Below, one piece after another: positions 56,951 through 62,900 of a stretch of DNA of 64,000 nucleotides. This DNA comes from Euprymna scolopes. Its lineage: Eukaryota. The translations under genes were made by a program, and so were the position numbers. The stretch lies in assembly GCA_053919585.1 (NCBI GenBank), contig CM132785.1, one strand, 5' to 3'. Every line of letters begins with the position of its first letter. Within the stretch, counting starts at the first letter, position 1. Under the pieces are notes generated by a model. That model saw nothing but the letters and a program-made list of their open reading frames with translations, ran no database searches and was not told where the DNA came from.

Positions 56951-59900
56951 GCTGTGTTCATAACTATTCGATTTATATTCATGAATATAATTAATTAGTT
57001 TATTCAAAAATAAAATTCGAACCTTCGTCGTCATGTTTCTTGTGGAACAAACTGAACTTCGGAGATTTAAAATGGAGTCGGGGTAATGACCATGTTCCTG
57101 ATAATCAAAATAATGTCATGCTTAATACAATACAGATAAAACTATCGTATATGTATATAAAATATAATTTTTATGATCATTATTAATTCATTTGTATTTG
57201 CCGATGACGGATTATGAGTTAGCTTCTTTTAAATATATAAATATATAAGTGGTTGGGAAGATGATGGAAATAGAATTATTCGTTTTTAAATTAAATATTG
57301 ACCTAAAACATATTTTTAAGTATAGTTAAATAGCATTATTTTTAGAAGAAATGGATCAGGTTCATTTAAACTAACGTATTTATGTGGTGTGAAGCGATAT
57401 ATATATTTCACAGAATCATATTTGTAAGAATATTATAATGCAGTTGACGAAGGAAACGAGAGAGAACGCACCTTTTATACTTTCTTGTAGAGAATCAAGA
57501 CGTAGTCTGGCCTCTTGAATATTGGGCAAAAGTTCTGGATATCCTGAACAGACACATTCAGTGATCACATTATCCAGAAGTTCTGGATCATCTTTTTTCA
57601 TTGCCCCGTCTAGTTTCAAGCGGAGTTCGTCTACACTCAATTTTCCTGACAAATTAAAATTACCAATGATAATAATATCAACACTATTTCACGTAGCGGA
57701 AAAGATAATAGGAATGCATAAGGAGATATCAATAACAATTCTGTGTGTGATAACGGGTAATAGAAAAGTAAGAATGGCAAAGTGTGGAGAGATGGTTATA
57801 ATGCGATTATTCAAGAATTATTGAAGATGACTGCTTTGGATTGCATAGAAAATTCGATCAGATTATTAATCGAAACGATTGCATATGTTTTTGCTCGTTA
57901 TAACATTCAGAAAAAAATTGATTGGGTTGTTTTTTATTAAAAATACTTAATTTCTATTTACAAGCTTACTATATAATTACAAACAGAATTTCAAAATATA
58001 TTTGACAAATATTTAACATACAGATAAATTATTTTCAGAAATAGCAGATTAAAATTTAGTCGAATATTGAAGAGATATAGAGTGTCAGCATAAAAAAGTA
58101 AAACTTTAGAGAAAAGGATGGTTACATTAAGAAATCGTGAACTACTATTTAAATTTTACTAACCTCCACGACCAAAACCCATGCCGTCCAATGCATCTCT
58201 GGCCATACGGAGATCAAAAGATAGTTCCGGGAAACCGGCTCCTTCGCAGTCAATGATGGCCTTCTCTAGTTCAGCCCTATTCTTGTTTTTAATCGCTGCT
58301 TTTAATTGGGCTCGGAGAGCGTCTGGTGTCTTCAGGTCTGATTAACGTAATTATGGATGTATAACAACGTGTTAGATAAAGAGAATTGAACGTTTTGATC
58401 TTTATTAATCATTCTTAGTTTTTCAGTTTAGCTTTTAATTAATAGATAATATTTATATAATTTATTAAATATTGTTGATACAAAAATAACAATTGTACTT
58501 ATGTGAATATTATTTCAACCTGTTACCCGGAATGAAGTCGTTATATTTACAACAGTTTTTGTAGCAATATTGTCATGACTACTTCACTATGGATTAAATA
58601 AGCCTTTATGTTCTAGTTTTGTTAATTACTAGACTGTTACCAGCCGAATAGGAAGGCTTCTGGCTTCTGCCAGCGAATCGTTGTAAATATAACAAATCTG
58701 ATTTGTATAATAGTTGAAATGTTATATAAATTATAGCAGCATTTCAATAATATCAAAGACTACATGAATATTATATAATATAAAACATATTCATAAAATA
58801 TTTTTAATATTTTAATTTATTATCTGCAAATAAATATATTTTGGAAATAAAAATTATAAGAATTACTGTTAAATGTATATAAAATCGTCTCTAACCTCCT
58901 TTGCCACCTTCCAGTTTAAACAAAGCACCTCTGGCTGCTTGGATGTCAGCATCAAGGCCAGGAAGGCCGAGCGATATACTTTGTTTAATAAGAGCATCCA
59001 GAGCTTTCCTGTCGTTTGATTCAGCCGCTGTTTTCAGCTGCAATCGGACGTCTTCAGGAGATATCGATCCTATGAATCGAAAGTCATTTTCAATGCAATA
59101 TTTCAGTTTAAGTATTTAATTAAAAAAATGAGTGTATCTAAACCAAAATTATATGTCAACTATAAACGGAATGAATTCTTTACTTGCTATAATTTAATAA
59201 TTTTGTAAATGTACTGTTAAATTATAATTTTTTTTAAATAGAATGGAAACAATATTTAATAATATAGAGGGGTCATAGAAGGCTATTACAATGCAAGAAT
59301 CGATATCTGTCGGTATTGTGAAGGAAAACACAAACGATGCAATTATGAAAAATGTTAATCTTATTTGATTAAGTCCCAACTTCTACTGGGTGATATAATT
59401 TGTGTAACCGCGTTTCATAATATATCTCGAGGTAAGATATCTTTATTAAATGATGAGTGTTTTAAATCTCTTGCAGTTCTTCGTCTATGACCCCGTTACA
59501 TGCATATTACACACAATTAAAACCGTTGCATCTTATTATAATTAATTGAATTGTATTGTAATATAGAATTTACACGATATATATACTTTTATTTAATATC
59601 CTTGATTTACACATAAAATAAATGATTTTAAGGGAATATCGAACCTCCAAATCCGCCTCCTAGCTTGTTGAGTGCAATTCTTGCGTCACAAATATCAAAC
59701 GCCAGTTCTGGGTATTGGGCTTCCTCAGCAATATCAATAAGTTCTTCTAATTTTTGTTTGTCGTTGTTCTTTATAGCCAATCGTAGTTGATCACGTAGAG
59801 CGTCTGGTGACAAGTCGTCCAGAGAGATATCTATTTCAAATTATATAAAGTATTTCAGATACACGTTTGCCTAAATATACATAACGTCATATACATTCCT

Positions 59901-62900
59901 AATTTGACCAAATTTTGTCTTGTTTATACTCTCAATCTTAAAGTAGTTTTCTTCGAAAATTCAAATGAGCCAATAAAAAATGGCATTAAAATAATATTTA
60001 AAAAGAAGGAGATCGTTAAATATATTAATGAGACATATGTTTTTCAATTAGATATATCCATCAATTATATTCTTGAAAAGTTTAATACGATATTATTAAT
60101 AGCCTAAGCGTAGATTAATATTGCTTTATTACATGTTTTTTTTAAATGCGTGAAGCTAATTTTAAATGAGTGTTTATTTATTTATATAATTATTCGAGTA
60201 TCAATATCTTGAATGAATTATCTAAACGAATGAGCGTTATATTTACTTAAAAACGTTAATGACATTTTATTATTTTGATATAATTTTATTCGAAAACGCT
60301 TAAATTACATATAATAAAATACAATTATCACTTTTTTGTAAATATTGTCAAAGCAAAATTAGTCGAACCTGCATCTCCATGCTTCTTACGGAACATACTG
60401 AACTTAGGAAGTTTCATGTGGAACCTTGGTAACGACAGAGACCCTAATAAACAAAAGTAAAAGCCTTTTAAGAACACTAGAAATTACATAAACTACTACA
60501 AACGTTACAGTGTTCGAATATTATACTAGTATTTTTACACCTTTTTAAATCTTGTGTTTAATTTAAGAAATACCGGCGTTATATTTCACGTAAATCATTA
60601 ACTATCAATTTCTGATATTAAAGCTATTTTACTTTGAAGAACCATTTTAAAACATTTAACCAACATATCTATTTAATAAATAGATAATTCTTATGAATGC
60701 TTGTATATGTTAAAGAAATACTACTTTATCGAAAAATGTTAAAACTTTATATATAATCAATCATATAACATTACATTTAAAGCTTTATCATTAATATATG
60801 GCAGCAGTTAATAAGCCTAATAACCACGAACCTCTAGCATTTCCTTCCAGAGATTCCAGTTGAAGTTTGGCCTCTTCAATACCAGGCAAAAGTTCTGGAT
60901 ATCCAGAACTAACACATTCGGCAATTACTTTCTCTAAAACATCTGGATCTTCTTTCTTCATGGCTGCATCTAGTTTGAGCTGGAGTTTGTCAACGCTCAA
61001 TTTTCCTGACAAACAAAACGGACCAGTGATAACATTATTTAGATAGCTACCTATGACGGATAGAAATATAAATCGTAATTCATTTTAATTCATCGAAAAT
61101 TATGAAATGCCACCCAAGACAGTGGCAGAGGAGATTCTAAATTATTTAGTATATTTTACAAAAATTGAATACAATATTATAAATAATAAATTAAACTTTC
61201 ATTAATATATTCAAAATTATGAACGTAACCAAGGTGAATAAAATTTCTTTATTTATGTAATTTATTTATGTGTAATTATAATTGTCATATATTTTTAATG
61301 TTAAATTTAAGAATAATTTTATTTCAGTAGAACCTAAGTATAACTGCGGTATTATTTCTGTATTTAGCTGGAAATGGAATAAGGTTACAAAACAGAAAAC
61401 AGAAGAGGAAACTTGTATATAGAATTAATAAATAAGAAACCTGGAATCGATGCGAATAAAAAATATTGGAAAACGAATTACTTATATTTTTACTGAGTAA
61501 TATGTTTAGTAGGAAAAGTATATAAAACTGTACCTCCTTTTCCTCCTTCCAGTTTAAATAAGACATCTCTAGCTTCTTGGATGTCGACATCAAGGCCTGG
61601 AAGGCCAAGTGATATGCTTTCGTTTATAAGAGCATTCAGAGCGTCTTTGTCTTTAGATTTGGCTGCTTTCTTCAGTTGCAATCGCATGTCCTCAGGAGAT
61701 ATAGATCCTGATAATCGAAAATCAATTTAATTCTAAATATACTTATGAATAGAATTTCCAAAAAAACTACAATCATGATTAATCAAGGAAGTAAAGGAAA
61801 AAATTAGTATATATGTTTAATTAGGTAAAGGTACAGAATAGTTTACATTTGATATCTCTTAAACCAAATGAAAAAATATGATTTATAGAAAAATATATAT
61901 TCACAAAATTTTAGGACTAGGAAACGATTTGCCATTTTTTTAAGTAAAAGTACAGAATAGCTTACACTCAAGAATTTGTAAACCAAACAAAATCCTGGAA
62001 CCTTCATAGTTTTAGCTCGTGTAAATAATGTATAAGAATGTTAAGCAGTATAAAATTATTGCATATCGTTTCTTCACTTTAAAACTATATGGATTAAGAA
62101 AGGAAATTTTCTAATCCGTTTTATTGAAATTATGTGTTCACGAGTTTTACCAGTGCTTTGATTTTTACCGTTTAATTGATTCGTTTCAAACATTGCTAAA
62201 GTTTACTGTTAAATTTTATTATTTATTAACAATTAAAATATATGTCACCATATGTTATTGAATTATATAATCAAATTAAAAATTTATCTGACGTGCCGAT
62301 TAATTACATTGATTAAGATAAAAAAGTTAGTGATTTCAATTTGAATATCTAACCTCCGAATCCGCCTCCTAATTTGTTGAGCGCAATCCTGGCATCCCGA
62401 AGATCAATAGCAACTTCTGGATATTGAGCTTTTCCGGCAATCTCAATAAGTTCTTCTAATTTTGGTTGGTCACTGTTCTTTATGGCTAATCGTAATTGTT
62501 TACGCAGAGCGTCCGGTGACATGTCCACGGAAATATCTACGTAAAATGACACAAATTATCTTACTAAACGGAAACGACATTTTATTACTTAATGTAAAGT
62601 TACATGACACTTCTTATTTATGAAAACTTAATTTGAAAAATTAGATAGAAGCATTAAAATAGTGTGAATAATAAAATGATAAAATAGTCTTTTAAGCAAT
62701 ATGAAATTAATGTATATATTATTAGTTCAATACATTTATTATCGTTTGCTCTTATAGCAATATTCTATTCATTAATAATCATGTTACTAGAATTATAATA
62801 TAAAACGTTTGGTTCATTCTAAAATATTCAGAAAAAAACGTAAATATGTTGTTGTTTTCAAGATTAAAGTTAAAACCAAAATTAACCAATAATGAATGTT

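Noticed and set aside
1283-57034. ORFs with YIYIYI, CVCVC or X runs (1283, 15352, 33700, 36793, 36809, 56843) and other I/L/F/K/N-rich ORFs
   Set aside because: Translations of microsatellites, the N gap or AT-rich intron.
12080-59119. Recurrent plus-strand ORFs (MSASRPGKPADTLPL.., MFLALWRSRESSGKP.., MRAILASRRS..)
   Set aside because: They are antisense shadows of the minus-strand exons. They recur only because the exons recur, and their ends run into unconserved intron.
61826-61992. Degenerate direct repeat (AAARGTACAGAATAGYTTACA..AAACCAAA) x2
   Set aside because: Short local duplication or repeat fragment with no termini or coding signal; not classifiable.
14130-62552. Array of independent small genes encoding ubiquitin-like proteins ending in GG
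   Set aside because: The ORF-track starts are unconserved intronic TTG/ATG/GTG codons, homology begins exactly at an AG acceptor, and the modules look all-helical rather than beta-grasp. The GG-stop itself is kept as a finding.
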